A stretch of 59,853 bases of DNA, counting the filler. It is 3 parts of 3 records of this genome, joined end to end, with 100 filler letters (N's around TTAATTAATTAA, not from the genome) between each part and the next. Parts side by side here need not be neighbours in the genome. Positions count along the whole stretch, not along the records: positions 46,506 to 59,853 come from DRR723986_11077; 2 more parts are not named here. One strand, 5' to 3'. A model generated the notes under the pieces. The model made no database searches. It was not told where the DNA came from and saw only the letters and a list, made by a program, of their open reading frames with translations. Below are positions 59,301-59,853 of the stretch, one piece after another (positions within the stretch are counted from its first letter, which is position 1; each line of letters opens with the position of its first letter). The translations under genes and the position numbers were made by a program.

Positions 59301-59566
59301 TTGCGAATATCGAAGACCTCTCGCCGGCGCAAATTCTCTCGACGCTGGACACCGGTCTTGACGCTGTAGCTGAACGGATGCAGGCTCTGAATCTTAATGA
59401 ATTACTGGCAGCAATTAATGAGCTGCCTTCGGAAGTTGTACGCGCATTTGAGATTGCAGCAGAAGGCATTATCGCTGAAATCAGGAAACTGTTGGAAGCC
59501 ATAAAATACGTCAGCGCTGAGGGCAGCGCTTCGGTGTCTGCGAGTGCGTCATTGTCGGTTGGATGA
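56306..59566 (+). CDS. Large acidic all-alpha repeat protein (tape-measure-like candidate)
   Basis: 1086 aa of amphipathic helices broken by [LY][DN]P motifs; terminal gene of the cluster. Confidence 0.6.
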   Translation: MSLLDDLKGLNIDAVLTARVNITASTTDADVQAVVDGGSLTQVLGSLGTAIDAIVKGVDNPAALLEPLMQAFLAVFDEIKPDDFPLDDYRGAIEAGARILLDLAGNIGGDVSEMNFPGGKLGDLMSQAVGSVSRYAEVQLDGVGNIKSVFESLENGAPGDPAALAEMIVSHLLPFDVNALKSVRGGVDSVLSGIRDVNISSDAVQTLVVAFDGVAIAAESKDRARLDAALTDLERIRQNTLVELERALGTFSTTVDAIDIGQYLGVIQQGADLIKSGERGIIDFLEQMRRNMAYGRQLIENADSAQLAAAANDLFNYLENFLQETIQKPIDQQVENLKNWLRGLLANIPLREYRAKLTTFILSIAKAIEDADLGQYATQARAFLDEIENVIDNFDLAADIQSAVQSVNATLDGFLNTVGGELTNIVGAIEGVAAEAAGILTTAAEHLEKFQQTVNELTELLNSLDVEQAAEQVVAKLAELRQTAETLLSAAPLPDALRPVVEQLVAELDGINLDEVFEPVHSAVADFEIPAETLDPLYEIIEEAAKLIENLITPELISSIDAEIKKITDEIRKLDPAVLLADLDQFVLDAAQFVRELDPRPLVAEIREPYDKLLELFDAAHPNQLLSPVFDAYDSLLGGIELPDSDGAIQSMSSAVSSAGQQVSNAMTQPIRSMAPDGAIETVEDPENPPEEQTQEPPNVEEFRPGDVVRMLGWVPQKLREGLEALNESGAGDAVRAVDKYCGGLARDLRAVQAELWAAEERLVDQLDMLVLPLREAQFKAQIAIRVNFSSDIVDLEMNAMMLAVAKAGPGEMRRSLAVAADDTRERLRVLVRGSGGSLGALLERTATALEGCSLAQIGDNLEGLLNALDPEPIAKELDDLVAAVLRKAPEVAAAVDDAVRVSIQRLLDLLKVYNPLNQAEKFLSVLDVLREEIDLLNPRRLAAELGEVHAAIRTTISAYDPGVFAEEVYDVVEAVANKLESLTIANLGLDLSFLDTLIANIEDLSPAQILSTLDTGLDAVAERMQALNLNELLAAINELPSEVVRAFEIAAEGIIAEIRKLLEAIKYVSAEGSASVSASASLSVG

Positions 59567-59592
59567 TGTTGTTGGGTCTCAAGCTGGGCTCA

Positions 59593-59617
59593 AGCTGTTA
59601 GCCTAAGGCTAACAGCT
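59593..59617. repeat. Perfect palindrome agctgttagcc-taa-ggctaacagct after the last gene (REP-like or terminator)
   Basis: 11-bp stem, 3-nt loop; same core as both contig ends. Confidence 0.7.
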
Positions 59618-59840
59618 CAGCGTTTGGCAAACTTTAGAAGCCGCTGAGTTTTGGGATCGATAGAATGGCGTTGATCTGCGTCTGGATTCCGAATAACACT
59701 CGGTATTGCTTTCTAAATTATTGAGAATTCGACAATTGCAAGGCAAAATGGTTTTGCGGTTGGTGGTTTGGAGATTGAGTGGTGTGACTTTGGGTTTATC
59801 GGTTGAAGAATTGAAAACTCAATTTTTTACAACCGGGTCG

Positions 59841-59853
59841 AGCCCTTAGGGCT
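59841..59853. repeat. agcccttagggct, reverse complement of 46510-46522
   Basis: 13/13 match. Confidence 0.7.

Noticed and set aside
46648-59566. Prophage or T6SS interpretation
   Set aside because: No head, packaging, lysis or integration genes, and no TssJLM/TssK/ClpV-like genes are visible; cannot be fully excluded because the contig is partial

Overview
The window is a concatenation of three unrelated contigs joined by 100-nt N-linkers carrying TTAATTAATTAA (28912-29011 and 46406-46505). Contig 1 (1-28911) is AT-rich and Bacteroidota-like. It holds (i) an ECF-sigma/FecR-controlled SusC/SusD locus with no enzymes, (ii) a TPR-kinase/LytTR module, and (iii) a MurNAc/peptidoglycan-salvage locus: murK-like kinase, murQ, SusC/SusD and a phosphoesterase-PQQ protein. 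Locus (iii) includes a STAND ATPase-helical repeat-GAF-histidine kinase that has no Ser/Thr kinase domain, plus a NarL/LuxR regulator. A matching palindromic operator sits upstream of both divergent operons. Contig 1 is bounded by an imperfect direct repeat of about 110-135 bp. Contig 2 (29012-46405) is ordinary Bacteroidota chromosome (DUF62, phoH, purC, T9SS cargo, wzz/O-antigen ligase family, rluA-type). Contig 3 (46506-59853) is GC-richer and carries one co-directional cluster resembling the baseplate/fibre half of a headless contractile injection system. It contains gp25-like, gpJ-like and gpI-like genes, two paralogous HxH fibre-like proteins (one ending in a helix-hairpin-helix domain), and a 1086-aa helical repeat protein. 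The best candidates for new biology are the NLR-like kinase/MurNAc regulon and the atypical injection-system module. All family assignments come from motif recognition by eye; no searches were run.
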